Below are positions 19,708-32,374 of a stretch of 64,000 nt of DNA, one piece after another. Within the stretch, counting starts at the first letter, position 1. Each line of letters starts with the position of its first letter. Under the pieces are notes generated by a model. That model had not been told where the DNA came from. It did no database searches and saw only the letters and a program-made list of their open reading frames with translations. Both the position numbers and the translations under genes were made by a program. This stretch comes from an uncultured Actinomycetota bacterium (GTDB lineage: Bacteria > Actinomycetota > Actinomycetes > Streptosporangiales > Streptosporangiaceae): the NCBI GenBank assembly GCA_963775745.1, contig CAVZKE010000029.1, positions 51,959-115,958 of the forward strand. The letters run 5' to 3'.

Positions 19708-20754
19708 TTACCGTTCCCCGGCGGGCGCCGCGAAGGAGGTCTCGAAGTAGTCGACCATCCAGCCCGTCACGTCGATGTTCTCCTCAAGGAGCCGCTGCCG
19801 CGCGTCCTGCCACACGGCGGCGGGAGTCGCGAGGATCTCCTCGATGGCGGACAGGGCCATGTCGTACTGGTCCTCGGTGAAGTGCCGCACCAGCCCGTAC
19901 CGCCGTTCCTGGTCGTCGGTGTAGCCGCGCCCCGTGGTCGCGATGAACACCGCAGGCACCCCCAGCACAGCTGCCTCCGAGGACATCGTCGCCGATTCTC
20001 CTACCACGAGCCGGGCGTGGGCGATCAGGTGATGGATCTGTTCCACGGGCCCCGCCACGGCGAGTTCCGCCAGGTCAGGGGTGAGCGGTCCCTCCGAGGA
20101 GATGAGCACCCGCCCGCGCCGCGCCAGCACCTCGACCAGGTGCCGCTTCTGCTTGGCCGACAGGCCGCGCTCCTTGCGGTCATGGACGGCCTGCCAGGAC
20201 ACGAACCGCACGATCGAGTAAGGCTCGCCGGGGCTGACCCCGAAGTTGGCCAGCACCGCGGGATCCGGCTGGAAGCGGTTCGGGTGCAGGTAGGCGAGCT
20301 CGTGATACCCGGCGTAGGCCAGGTGGCGGCCGGGAACTGCGCCCTGGTAGGAGTCTGGCGTGCACACGCTGTAGGCGAGCGGGTACACGATCCGGTTGGT
20401 CTGCACGGCGAACTCGGTGTCGTAGAACACCACCGCGGGCACCCGGCGCAGGCGCAAGCGACCCGCTATCGCGATCGACGGGCCCATGATCCCGGCCATC
20501 ACGTCCGGCCGGAACGAGCGCATGATGTTCATCAGGCGCGGCGTGCGCTGGGCCAGCTCGACCGTCAGGCCGGCGCCGCTCTTCTGCTGCGAGATCTGCC
20601 GGTGGGGGAGATCGAACGCCCGCAGCAGCTCCACGGACCTGTCCTTGTCGCGGGCGGTGATGCACACCTCGTGCCCGCGCGCCTCCATCTCGGCGTAGAA
20701 GTTACGGAAGAAGTGGACGTGCGCGGGGTGCAGGATGTCGATGAGGACGCGCAT
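19708..20754 (-). CDS. DUF354-family protein (GT-B/epimerase-like fold, function unproven)
   Basis: 348 aa from MRVLIDILHPAHVHFFRNFYAEMEARGHEV (ATG 20754-20752), which is the typical DUF354 N-terminus. The longer listed ORF 19708..21096 overlaps the upstream gene. Confidence 0.78.
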   Translation of the reverse strand: MRVLIDILHPAHVHFFRNFYAEMEARGHEVCITARDKDRSVELLRAFDLPHRQISQQKSGAGLTVELAQRTPRLMNIMRSFRPDVMAGIMGPSIAIAGRLRLRRVPAVVFYDTEFAVQTNRIVYPLAYSVCTPDSYQGAVPGRHLAYAGYHELAYLHPNRFQPDPAVLANFGVSPGEPYSIVRFVSWQAVHDRKERGLSAKQKRHLVEVLARRGRVLISSEGPLTPDLAELAVAGPVEQIHHLIAHARLVVGESATMSSEAAVLGVPAVFIATTGRGYTDDQERRYGLVRHFTEDQYDMALSAIEEILATPAAVWQDARQRLLEENIDVTGWMVDYFETSFAAPAGER

Positions 20755-20756
20755 GA

Positions 20757-21566
20757 TCAGGCGACCGTGCGGGAGGCGTCGGAGGGAACTTCGGCCGGAC
20801 GGCGCGCCACGGCCAGGACGCCGGCCCCCCACCGCGGCCGGGAGAACTTCCCGAGGTAGGAGACCGCGAGCAGCAGCGGGAACACCGCGGCGTACTGGAG
20901 CTTGCGGTGCTGGTCGGCCCCGGTGATCAGGTAGGAGATGTTGTTGGTCAGCGTCTCGATGGCCCCGTAGGTGTACTGGTGGGAGGTGACCTGGAACCCG
21001 GCCTCCCGCAGCTTGCCAACCAATTGGTCGGCCTGGTAACCGGGCCGGACGTGCCCGGGAACGTCGAAGTTGACCCGGCGGCGCAGCAGGATCCACCGCC
21101 GCTCGTAGCCGGGGACGTGGGCCACGAGCCGCCCGCCCGGGCGCAGCGCGTGCAGCAGCGTGCGCATCGCCGCGACGTCGTCCTCGACGTGTTCGAAGTT
21201 GTCGACGCTCACGACCAGGTCGAACTCGCCAGAGAAGTCCAGCTTGGTGACGTCGCCCTGCTGGAAGCGGCAGTTGGTCAGGCCCGCGCGCCTCGCCATC
21301 TGGTTGGCCCGGTCGACCAGGTCAGGTTCGAGCTCGACACCGGTGACCCGGGCCTCCGGGTGCTGCTTGGCGAGTTCGAAGCTGAACACCCCGGAGCCGC
21401 AGCCGGCGTCCAGGATCTTCTGGTACGAGCCCTCGGTGACCGGCAGCACGCGCCGCAGCCGGATGCGCAGCCCGTTGGCCGGGGCGCCGAGCAGGTTCGC
21501 GTACATCCGCTCGAACCTGCTGCGGCCGGGGTCGAGCGACAGCTCGCGGCCGGGGAATCCCCTCAC
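20757..21566 (-). CDS. class I SAM-dependent methyltransferase
   Basis: ILDAGCGSGVFSFELAK...VVSVDNFEHVEDD...LRPGGRLV. GTG start at 21566 in a GTGA overlap with the upstream stop. Confidence 0.85.
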   Translation of the reverse strand: MRGFPGRELSLDPGRSRFERMYANLLGAPANGLRIRLRRVLPVTEGSYQKILDAGCGSGVFSFELAKQHPEARVTGVELEPDLVDRANQMARRAGLTNCRFQQGDVTKLDFSGEFDLVVSVDNFEHVEDDVAAMRTLLHALRPGGRLVAHVPGYERRWILLRRRVNFDVPGHVRPGYQADQLVGKLREAGFQVTSHQYTYGAIETLTNNISYLITGADQHRKLQYAAVFPLLLAVSYLGKFSRPRWGAGVLAVARRPAEVPSDASRTVA

Positions 21567-22786
21567 GCTTGGCCTCCGCAGTTCTCGAGGTAGCCGGCGA
21601 GCGCCCACGACATCCAGCCCTGGCACCAGCGCAGCTCCCGGATGCGCGTCCGGAAGTACCGGCGCCGCTGGTAGTAGAACCATCCGCTCGCCGGATCCCA
21701 CATGTTCTCCAGCGTCCATTGCAGCACTCTGGTGGCGGTGGCGGAGCCGACACCGAAGTGGTGCTGCTGGAGCGAGAACGTGATGATCCCCTGGGCGCAC
21801 CCGTGGATGTCGATCGGGTACTCCCGGTCGCTCATGAACCGCGCTGCGCCGTTCGCCTCGAACAGCCGTTGCTCGTAGAACTCGATGCCCCGGCGGTAGG
21901 CGGACTCGAACTCGTCACTGCCGGCCGACATCCCGTACTGCAGGATCGCGTCAAGAATGAACCCCGTGTGGTAGTTGTCGTGGGTGATGTGGCTGGCGGA
22001 CGGCGGATCGGCGTAGAACCAGGCGCCATAGTCGGTCTGCTTCGAGACCACGTAGCGAACGAGCCGGCCGCCCTGGCGGACGAGCTCAACGTCGTCAAGA
22101 ATTGCGCCCACCCGCGCCGCCAAGGCGCCGGCCAGGGCCGAGACGTCCATGACGATCCAGTTGATGTCGCGGTCAGGCACGTAGCTGAGGCACCGGCGCT
22201 CGTCGTCTTCGTACAGCGTCTTCGGGGCCTCGAGCAGGAACCGCACGGCGAGCCCGGCGGCATCGAGATAGCGAACGTCCTGGAGCGTCTCGTACCCGTC
22301 CAGCAAGGCCTGGCCGACAAACGAGGTCACCACCCGGTTGGGGAAGTGCCGCGGTGCGAAGAACCCGACATCCTGCCAGGGATAGGGATAGCCCCAGCAC
22401 AGCCAATCGAATCCGGGAGCCGGATGGTCGATCAGCCAGTCGAGCAGGTCGCCCGCCTCACGGGCATCCTCCGCTGATCCCGTCATGCGGTGCCGGGCGA
22501 GCAGCACACGGGCGAAAAGGGAGAGCCCTTTCGGGTTCCTCGCCTTCCGGACACCGACCATGGACCGCACATCCACGGGGCTTCGAGTCACGACCTGGGT
22601 GGCACCGAGTCGGCGAAGCCTCGATTCTCCTGCCAGCCGCGCCAGGAAAGGCGAATTGAGGCCATCGTGCTTGGAGTACCCCTCGTACCGGTCCGACCGG
22701 GCGGTCTGCAGGACCCGGTCGAGCACCTCCATAGCGGAGGTCCCGGCCCCGCGGTGCGCCGTGGCCGTATATCGGTCTTTTGTCAT
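21563..22786 (-). CDS. conserved hypothetical, possibly an alpha/alpha-toroid polysaccharide-modifying enzyme (family not securely recognised)
   Basis: Clean 407-aa ORF, aromatic-rich (WGYPYPWQ, DYGAWFY, RWCQGWMSWAL). Its context is between methyltransferase and oxidoreductase genes. Confidence 0.7.
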   Translation of the reverse strand: MTKDRYTATAHRGAGTSAMEVLDRVLQTARSDRYEGYSKHDGLNSPFLARLAGESRLRRLGATQVVTRSPVDVRSMVGVRKARNPKGLSLFARVLLARHRMTGSAEDAREAGDLLDWLIDHPAPGFDWLCWGYPYPWQDVGFFAPRHFPNRVVTSFVGQALLDGYETLQDVRYLDAAGLAVRFLLEAPKTLYEDDERRCLSYVPDRDINWIVMDVSALAGALAARVGAILDDVELVRQGGRLVRYVVSKQTDYGAWFYADPPSASHITHDNYHTGFILDAILQYGMSAGSDEFESAYRRGIEFYEQRLFEANGAARFMSDREYPIDIHGCAQGIITFSLQQHHFGVGSATATRVLQWTLENMWDPASGWFYYQRRRYFRTRIRELRWCQGWMSWALAGYLENCGGQA

Positions 22787-23066
22787 CGCAAACGATAACC
22801 TCGGATCTAGCTCTCGGATACCCTGAAGCGCGAACGCGGGCCCGAGCTCGGCACAGATGTCCGAGCGGGGCCGGGGCGCTTCGGACTAACGGTACAGGTT
22901 TGCCGCAGGCGGTCGCCCGGTTCGGCCGGTTATCCGGGCCTCCCTCTGGGACCGCCCGAGCGTCACCCATGGGTGATTCTGGTACCGTGGCCCACCCACC
23001 AGCGAACCGCCGCGACCGTCGGCGCGCGGCCGGGATACGTCTGAGCGAAGGCAGGTTGAAGTCGGC

Positions 23067-25334
23067 ATGAAGCAGGTATTCCGGAGGGTGATCGATCGGC
23101 GCGGGCGCGTCCTGGTCGCCGACCTCCCCATCCCGCACGTAGGACCGGATCAGGTCCTTGTCCAGAGCCATTATTCGCTCATCAGCTCGGGCACAGAGAT
23201 GGGGACGGTCTCGAAGACGCCGACCGAGCTTGTGCGCCAGACCATCTCGGATCCCTGGATGCGGAACGTGGTCAAGCAGACCATCCTCGCCACTGGTCCC
23301 AGCCAGACGGCACGACGGGTCTGGCACGAGATGATCACGCCTCGTGAGATCGGCTACAGCGGCGCAGGGACGGTGCTGGCGCTCGGTGACCGCGTGGAAG
23401 GGCTCGAGATCGGCCAGACCGTGGCATACGCGGCGAGCGGCCACGCCGAGGTGGCCGCCCCCTCCATCAACCACGTGGTAGCCGTTCCCGATGGCGTGGA
23501 TCTTCGTCATGCGGCGTTCGTCACGGTCGGCGGCATCGCTATGCAGTCGCTCCGGCGTGCCGACCTGAAATTCGGCGAAACGGTCGCGATCTACGGCCTT
23601 GGCCTGGTCGGCCAGTTGTGCGCCAGTATCGCTAAGGCAGCCGGATGCGTCGTCGTCGGGATCGACATCAACCCGAAGGCGAACGAGCTGGCCACCGCCG
23701 CCGGCGCCGCCTTGGTGGTCAACCCATCCGAGCCGGACTGGAAGCGGCGCATTACCGACCTCACCGGCAAGAACGGGGTCGACGCCACGGTGATCTGCGC
23801 CAGCTCGGACTCGCCGGAAATCATCAACGCGGCGATGGAGATCACCCGGCGGCAGGGCCGCGTGGTCATTGTCGGCTACGTCAAGCTCGACATCCACCCC
23901 AAGAACTTCCTGTACCGCGAGATCGACCTGCGGTATTCGCGCGCGTATGGGCCCGGAAGCTACGACAACAACTACGAGAAGGGCCGCGTGGACTACCCGT
24001 TCGGGTACGTCCGCTGGACGGAGAAGCGCAACCTCGAGGAGTTCATCCGGCTGGTCGCTGCTGGGGCCGTCAACCCCGAGCCGCTGATCGCGGGGGTCTA
24101 CCCCGTGGACCGCGTCCAGGAACCGTTCGATGCGATCCGCGAGCGGACGCTGCCCGGGGTGGCCGCGTTGATCTCGTACGGAGCCAACCCAGAGCGCAGC
24201 CGGACGATGCAGATCGACCCGCGCCCGAAGCGTGACGGTAAGGTCGGGATCTCGCTCATCGGGTTCGGCAACCACGTCCTGGGCATGCACCTGCCCAACC
24301 TCCGGTCGATGCGTGAGGTCGAACTCCGCGGCATCGCGTCGGCGACGGCACGCAACGCCTCCATCGTCGCGAAGGGCCTCGGTGCCACGATGATCACGAC
24401 CGACGTCGACGAGCTTCTCGCCGACCAGGGCACCGACGCGGTGATGATCTGCTCGAATCAGCCTGAGCACTACCTGCACATCCGGGCGGCGATCTCGGCC
24501 GGGAAGTCCGTGTTCATCGAGAAGCCGATGGTCACCCGCCTCGATGACTTCGGCGAACTGCTCCGGTTGATGCACACGCAGCCGGCCCCTCTGGTCACGC
24601 TCGGGCTTAACCGCCGGTACTCTCCCCTCGTCGACGCCCTCCGCGAGTCGCTGGACGCCCCTGTTGACTTCGTCGAGTATGTGATCGCCCAGCAATCCCT
24701 GCCGGCTGAGCACTGGAGCCTCGATCCGGTAGACGGTGGCGGGAGGCTGATCTCCGAGGGAGAGCACTTCATCGACCTGTGCAATCTCCTCGTCGGCAAG
24801 CGGCCGGTATCTGTGACCGCTCGCGCGCTGGGCAAGAAGCCCGACGACATCCGGACTCTCTGCAACTTCGTGGTGACCCTCCATTACGACGGTGCCGCCG
24901 CGACCATCGTCTTCGACGAGTGCGGTGCTCCTGGCTTCCCACGGGAGCGGCTATCGGTGTTCGCCCACGGCCAGGTGGCGATCCTGGATGACTTCGGGAA
25001 GCTCACCGAGTTCGGGAAGCGCAAGCGCAGCCGGGGGACCGGCTTGCACAAGTCCATGGGGCATGCCGAGGAGCTAGAGCAGTTCGTCCGCGCCGTGCAG
25101 GGCGAACCCAACCATCTGCTGTCCTGGGAGGACTCCTCGCTGGCCACGACCTGCATGTTCGCGGCGCAGGAGAGTGTCCGGCTGGGAGCCGAGATCGACC
25201 TCGACCAGTTCTACCGATCGCTTCTGGTCCCGGTGGCCGACGCGGAAGCGGGGGAAGACTCACCGCAGGAAGCGAATACGCTCGGCCAGATGGACAATGA
25301 CCTGGCAGTTCAATCGCCTGGTGGCCAGCGGTGA
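23067..25334 (+). CDS. bi-domain oxidoreductase: N-terminal MDR/zinc-ADH-like domain plus C-terminal Gfo/Idh/MocA domain
   Basis: 755 aa. First Rossmann motif VAIYGLGLVGQL. Second domain ISLIGFGNHV... with the Gfo/Idh/MocA EKP motif (VFIEKPM). Confidence 0.88.
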   Translation: MKQVFRRVIDRRGRVLVADLPIPHVGPDQVLVQSHYSLISSGTEMGTVSKTPTELVRQTISDPWMRNVVKQTILATGPSQTARRVWHEMITPREIGYSGAGTVLALGDRVEGLEIGQTVAYAASGHAEVAAPSINHVVAVPDGVDLRHAAFVTVGGIAMQSLRRADLKFGETVAIYGLGLVGQLCASIAKAAGCVVVGIDINPKANELATAAGAALVVNPSEPDWKRRITDLTGKNGVDATVICASSDSPEIINAAMEITRRQGRVVIVGYVKLDIHPKNFLYREIDLRYSRAYGPGSYDNNYEKGRVDYPFGYVRWTEKRNLEEFIRLVAAGAVNPEPLIAGVYPVDRVQEPFDAIRERTLPGVAALISYGANPERSRTMQIDPRPKRDGKVGISLIGFGNHVLGMHLPNLRSMREVELRGIASATARNASIVAKGLGATMITTDVDELLADQGTDAVMICSNQPEHYLHIRAAISAGKSVFIEKPMVTRLDDFGELLRLMHTQPAPLVTLGLNRRYSPLVDALRESLDAPVDFVEYVIAQQSLPAEHWSLDPVDGGGRLISEGEHFIDLCNLLVGKRPVSVTARALGKKPDDIRTLCNFVVTLHYDGAAATIVFDECGAPGFPRERLSVFAHGQVAILDDFGKLTEFGKRKRSRGTGLHKSMGHAEELEQFVRAVQGEPNHLLSWEDSSLATTCMFAAQESVRLGAEIDLDQFYRSLLVPVADAEAGEDSPQEANTLGQMDNDLAVQSPGGQR

Positions 25335-26059
25335 CGCCGTCGCACGCCCCGCGCCGCCTCCGACGCGTCCCGTTCAGCGCCCGTGTCGCCCTCGAGAGAT
25401 TGTCAGGGAGATCAATCTTCGAAGCCAGCCACTACCGCGAGTCGCAGCTCGCCCGGCTGGTGAACCTGTTCGGCCAGGTCGACGTCGAGCGATGGCGAGG
25501 GATGCAGGTGCTGGAGGTCGGCGCAGGACACGGCCATTTCGGCGATGCCTTTGCCCACCTCGGGTTTGACGTCACCTCGACGGATGGCCGTGCGGAGCAC
25601 GTCGAGGCGATGCGAGCCCGCGGTCGCGACTCGTTTGTCCTGGACCTGGACCGAACCGGCGTTCATGAGGCCGGTGCCTTCGATCTGATCCTCGCCTTCG
25701 GCGTGCTCTACCACCTGGCGCATCCTCAGGAATTCCTGCACAGCTGCGGGAAGGGGGCCAAGGTCCTGCTACTCGAGACCGCCGTCTGCGATCGCCTAGA
25801 ACCGACCGTCGAGTGGGTCAGCGAGCCCGGTGGATGGCGGGGCACAGATCAGGCGGTGAGCGGCCGCGGTTGTCGCCCAAGCCCGTCGTGGGTGGAGCGT
25901 ACCTGCCGGGAGGCCGGCTTCGGTATCGTCCGCGATATCTCCAGCCCGCTGGGAGACTGGTCCAGCGGGACGTTCGGCTGGGAGCCGCGTGACAACGGCG
26001 AATGGCGCCGGGACGGTGTCAACCTGAGGAAAATGTGGGTGTGCGAGCGGGACAGCTGA
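25331..26059 (+). CDS. class I SAM-dependent methyltransferase
   Basis: 242 aa. VLEVGAGHGHFGDAFAHLGFDVTSTD...ILAFGVLYHL. GTGA overlap with the preceding gene. Confidence 0.8.
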   Translation: MTPSHAPRRLRRVPFSARVALERLSGRSIFEASHYRESQLARLVNLFGQVDVERWRGMQVLEVGAGHGHFGDAFAHLGFDVTSTDGRAEHVEAMRARGRDSFVLDLDRTGVHEAGAFDLILAFGVLYHLAHPQEFLHSCGKGAKVLLLETAVCDRLEPTVEWVSEPGGWRGTDQAVSGRGCRPSPSWVERTCREAGFGIVRDISSPLGDWSSGTFGWEPRDNGEWRRDGVNLRKMWVCERDS

Positions 26060-26126
26060 GCCCTGAGCGCAGATCTACCAGTTCTGCCGATTGTTGCTCG
26101 CGAGGCCGGGGCGGGACCTTCGGCCG

Positions 26127-27296
26127 TCAGCTTCCTGTCGTCGGAGGTTCGGCCAGCTCCCGGGCCGCCCGCAGCCGTCGCAGCCGTCGTCGGCCGACGA
26201 GGGCCGCTGCAGCGGCCACGGTGACGGCGTCAGCCACGACCGCCAGCGCTCTGGTCACGAGGGCCACCGTGAGGGCGATCGCCGTCGTCGTTCGCGTGCT
26301 CAGGATCGCGATCATCACCGCTTCCCGGACCCCCGCACCGGCCGGAGCAAAGACAGCCAGGAAGCCGACGGCCCACGAGAGCGCGTAACCACCGATCGAC
26401 ACGAGGAACGTGCCCGGCGGTTCGCCGGCGAGCTGTCGCATCAGTACGTAGGTCATGATCCCGTTGCACGACCAGCCGGCCGCCGCCCACATCATGGCTC
26501 GCGCGAGGCCCATGAAGCTCACGCCCTGCGGGAGCGGAGGCTGGCGCGACAGCCGCAGCACAAGACGCAGCAGCGGGTTCAAGACCGGCGGAGACAGGAT
26601 CACGACGGCGACGGGTATGAGGAGGAGGACCCAGAAGGTGCGTGCGAACGTTGCGCCAGCCGCAAAGGGCAGCGTGACCGCCGCCACCACTACTCCCGAG
26701 CAGGTCATCACGGCGTAGCCCAGGAGCACGGACAAGGCGGTCCTGCTCCGGGGGATACCACGATCAGCCCCCAGCTCCGACTGGGCGAGCACTGGCCAGA
26801 TGCTGCCGGGAAGGTATTTCGCCAGCTGGCCGATGAACATGATGCGCCAGGCCTCGGGAATCGACAGTCGCGAGCCGAGGTCGGCGAGCAACTCCCGCCA
26901 GACCATCAGGCTGCAGATGAGCCCGCAAAGACAGGCGACGAACGCGAGCAGCACGACGGGCACAGACAGTCTCTGGACCTCACGCCACAGCGTGCCCGCC
27001 TGGTCGACGAGGGCGACGACGAGGAGCGCCACCACGACGGCCAGGAAACCGAATCGGATCACCTTCGATCTCATGAGGCTCAAGAGCGCGGTGAGCCCCC
27101 GCGCGCACGGCGGGTTGGCACGACCCAGAGGCTCGGCCGGGGCCTGGCCCGGACTTATGGCATCCGAATCGACAGCGTCCGACGGCGCGACGGAGCCTCG
27201 CTGGCGCGGGTCATCTGACGGTTCCGGATCAGCCGTCACCAGCGGCCCCGCCCCGTCGTCCCGACGGGTTGACTTAACAGGTCCTGGTCGCGACAT
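26127..27296 (-). CDS. LPG-synthase-TM (UPF0104, flippase-like) family integral membrane protein
   Basis: Start MSRPGPV (ATG 27296-27294). About 8 TM spans with FIGQLAKYLPGSIWPVLAQ and VFAPAGAGVREAV motifs typical of PF03706-type proteins. Confidence 0.7.
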   Translation of the reverse strand: MSRPGPVKSTRRDDGAGPLVTADPEPSDDPRQRGSVAPSDAVDSDAISPGQAPAEPLGRANPPCARGLTALLSLMRSKVIRFGFLAVVVALLVVALVDQAGTLWREVQRLSVPVVLLAFVACLCGLICSLMVWRELLADLGSRLSIPEAWRIMFIGQLAKYLPGSIWPVLAQSELGADRGIPRSRTALSVLLGYAVMTCSGVVVAAVTLPFAAGATFARTFWVLLLIPVAVVILSPPVLNPLLRLVLRLSRQPPLPQGVSFMGLARAMMWAAAGWSCNGIMTYVLMRQLAGEPPGTFLVSIGGYALSWAVGFLAVFAPAGAGVREAVMIAILSTRTTTAIALTVALVTRALAVVADAVTVAAAAALVGRRRLRRLRAARELAEPPTTGS

Positions 27297-27298
27297 TC

Positions 27299-28084
27299 CT
27301 ATCGGATCGGCTTCTCGAATGCATACCCGACGCGCCGCCCGAGGTATCCGAGCGTCCGGTGGACCCGGAACTCCAGTTTCGCACCCCATCTCACGACAGC
27401 CGGGTAACCCGGCAGCCACACGTCATCCAGCGGGGCGATGCTGGAGGCGAACGAGACGGGGCGCAGACCGGCACGCTGTGCCATCTTGCGAATCTCGATC
27501 GGCGAGAAGAGATGCGCGTAGCCGTAATGCAGCGTCTTCTCCCTCGTCATCTTCCAGATGCCCGCCGCGTAGGGCGGGTTCCACCAGTTGGGCACTGTGA
27601 TGATCACGTGGCCCCCCCGCTTCGTGGTGCGAGCCATTTCGTCGACGGCCTTCTGTCGGCCTTCAGCGGAGGGGATGTGATCGATCGTTGACATGGAGAC
27701 AGCTACGTCGAACGTCCCGTCCTCGAACGGCAAGTCGCATGCGTCTGCCACCTTGAATGAGAACTTCGCGGCTAGATCGGGATGCAGCTCCCGCCGCAGG
27801 AGCTCCTCCGCGCCTTTGATGGATTCGGGGCTCAGATCGATCGCCGTCCAGCTGCCGATCTTACGGGCGTAGTAGAGCTCGTCAATCGGAAACGAGCAGC
27901 CGACGTTGAGGACCGACTTGCCCTCCATCCCGACAAACTCCATCAGAGTGTAGTCGCTCCGCAGCTTCGAGTACATGTATGTGTACTGGTCGCGGGGATC
28001 GTGCTCCTCAAACCGCGACCCGAGCTTCTCGTAGGACGCCAGCGCAGCCTCAGAGCTGGACTTTGGCTTTGCGTATTCAACCAT
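27299..28084 (-). CDS. class I SAM-dependent methyltransferase
   Basis: 261 aa. VLNVGCSFPIDELYYA...FDVAVSMSTIDHIP...KRGGHVIITVPN. The RBS-like GGAGG lies upstream. Confidence 0.85.
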   Translation of the reverse strand: MVEYAKPKSSSEAALASYEKLGSRFEEHDPRDQYTYMYSKLRSDYTLMEFVGMEGKSVLNVGCSFPIDELYYARKIGSWTAIDLSPESIKGAEELLRRELHPDLAAKFSFKVADACDLPFEDGTFDVAVSMSTIDHIPSAEGRQKAVDEMARTTKRGGHVIITVPNWWNPPYAAGIWKMTREKTLHYGYAHLFSPIEIRKMAQRAGLRPVSFASSIAPLDDVWLPGYPAVVRWGAKLEFRVHRTLGYLGRRVGYAFEKPIR

Positions 28085-28439
28085 TTCTCGGGGGGGCCTC
28101 CTTCTGGGGACGACGCGGCGCGCTCGTCGGAGGCAGCCACCGTACCAGAAGAAACATCCCCTCTTATCCTACTTCCGTGCGCGTGACCAGGTCGCCGGGC
28201 GCACCCACCAGGCGGGCGTGAAGTCGCTGACGAAGATGGTGTTTCGGGCCGGGGCCCGCTGGTTCGAGCCGGATGCTCCATGCCTGACGACTTGGTGCGC
28301 GATAGCGGCATGACTGGCGTAACGAGGTGATCTTGGCGTGTCGGTCCCGGAATGACAGGGGGCCGCGCGGAACGATCAAGGTGTGCCGTCTGGATGGGCC
28401 CGCGCGGCCTTGTCGCATCGTATCTGCACCGGCCTGCCG

Positions 28440-28920
28440 CGCCGCCGCCGAAGGCGTCACCCTGCGGATCTACGGCACCGAGGTCCAGGTCCGCAGGCCC
28501 AGGGCGAACCGGCCCGGGCGGCGGGCCTTCATCTCGGGCAAGCGCCGGCAGAACACCAAGAAGGCCACCGTCATCACCGACGGCAACGGCGCCACCTTGT
28601 GGGCCGGGGCGTTCCGGCCCGGATGCCAGCATGACCAGACGCGCTGAAGGCAGCGGGCGTCGGTGACCTGCCGGAGTGGTTCCCGCAGGTGCATGCGCTC
28701 CTCGACGCTGGCCACCAGGGGCTGGCCCGGCAGTTCCCCGATCAGGTCACCGCGCCGCCGCTCAAGCCGGCCAAGGACGTCCCGCCCAAGGAGGCGGCCC
28801 GCTGGCAGACCAGCCGAAAGGCCCCAGACCAGCCGGGACTCGCGGCTCGGCCGGTACCTGACCGGACTGTTCGGGCGGCCTACCATACAGTCCGGCAGCG
28901 TTCTCGCCTGGCGCCTCTAG
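28440..28920 (+). pseudogene. DDE (DDE_Tnp_4 / IS5-like) transposase remnant lacking its N-terminus, frameshifted
   Basis: AEGVTLRIYGTEVQVRRPRANRPGRRAFISGKRRQNTKKATVITDGNGATLWAGAFRPGCQHDQT, then in another frame VHALLDAGHQGLARQFPDQVTAPPLKP. Confidence 0.6.
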
Positions 28921-28989
28921 CCGGCTACGGCCACCCCCCGGCCGTGCGTGCGGCTAGTGTCGAGCAGGCCATCTACTGCAACGGAGGGC

Positions 28990-29870
28990 ATGTCGGTGCT
29001 GTCACTGGTCTTGCCCAAGGGGTCGCTGGAACGCGCGACGCTTGACCTGTTCGATGCCGCTGACCTACCGTTTGCCGCGTCGTCCGACCGCGACTATCAC
29101 GCGGCGATCGACGACCCGAGGATCGAGCGGGTCAGGTTCCTGCGGCCGCAGGAGATCCCCTCCTACGTCGAGAAGGGCCTGTTCGATCTGGGTATCACCG
29201 GCCGGGACTGGATCGCGGAGACCGGGGCGGACGTCGACGTCGCTCGGTGAGCTTAAGTACTCCAAGGCGACCAGCAATCCGATGCGCGTCGTGCTGGCGG
29301 TTCCGGTGGACTCGGGCTGGCGGTCGATCGCCGACCTGCCCGACGGGATCCGGATCTCGACCGAGTTTCCCTCGCTGACCAGGCGGTTCCTTGAGGAGAA
29401 CGGGATCAAGGCCATGGTCACGCCTCCTACGGCGCGACCGAGGCGAAAGTGCCCGACATCGTCGACGCGATCGTCGACCTGACCGAGACCGGCTCCTCAC
29501 TGCGCCGGAACGGGCTGCGGATTCTGGACACGTTGCTGACCAGCTACACCGAGCTGGTCGCCAACCCGGCGCCTACGCCGACGCCGCCAAGCGGGCCGCG
29601 ATGGAGGACGTGGCCCTGCTGCTGCGCGGGGCGATCAGGGCCGCGGCAACGTCCTGGTCAAGCTGAACGTGCCGGCCGGCCAGCTGGCGGCGGTGACGGA
29701 GATCCTGCCCTCGATGTCCTCGCCGACGATCACCTCGCTGGCCCGCGGCGGGATGCAACGCCGTCGAGGCGGTCGTGCCCAAACGCGGCGTGAACACCCT
29801 GATCCCGGCGCTGAAAGCGGCCGGAGCACGGGACATCCTGGAGATCCCGATCTCCAAGATCATCGAGTAG
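28990..29870 (+). pseudogene. hisG: ATP phosphoribosyltransferase (long form), at least 5 frame changes
   Basis: Spliced by eye: MSVLSLVLPKGSLERATLDLF...GITGRDWIAETGADV | LGELKYSKATSNPMRVVLAVP...EENGIKA | [28 protein letters not shown] | ...[14 protein letters not shown] | [19 protein letters not shown]... | DILEIPISKIIE*. Confidence 0.85.
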
Positions 29871-29908
29871 CCGGCCAGGCTGGCGGAGCGCTCCCGATAG
29901 GCTGGCGG

Positions 29909-32370
<2,462 letters not shown>

Positions 32371-32374
<4 letters not shown>

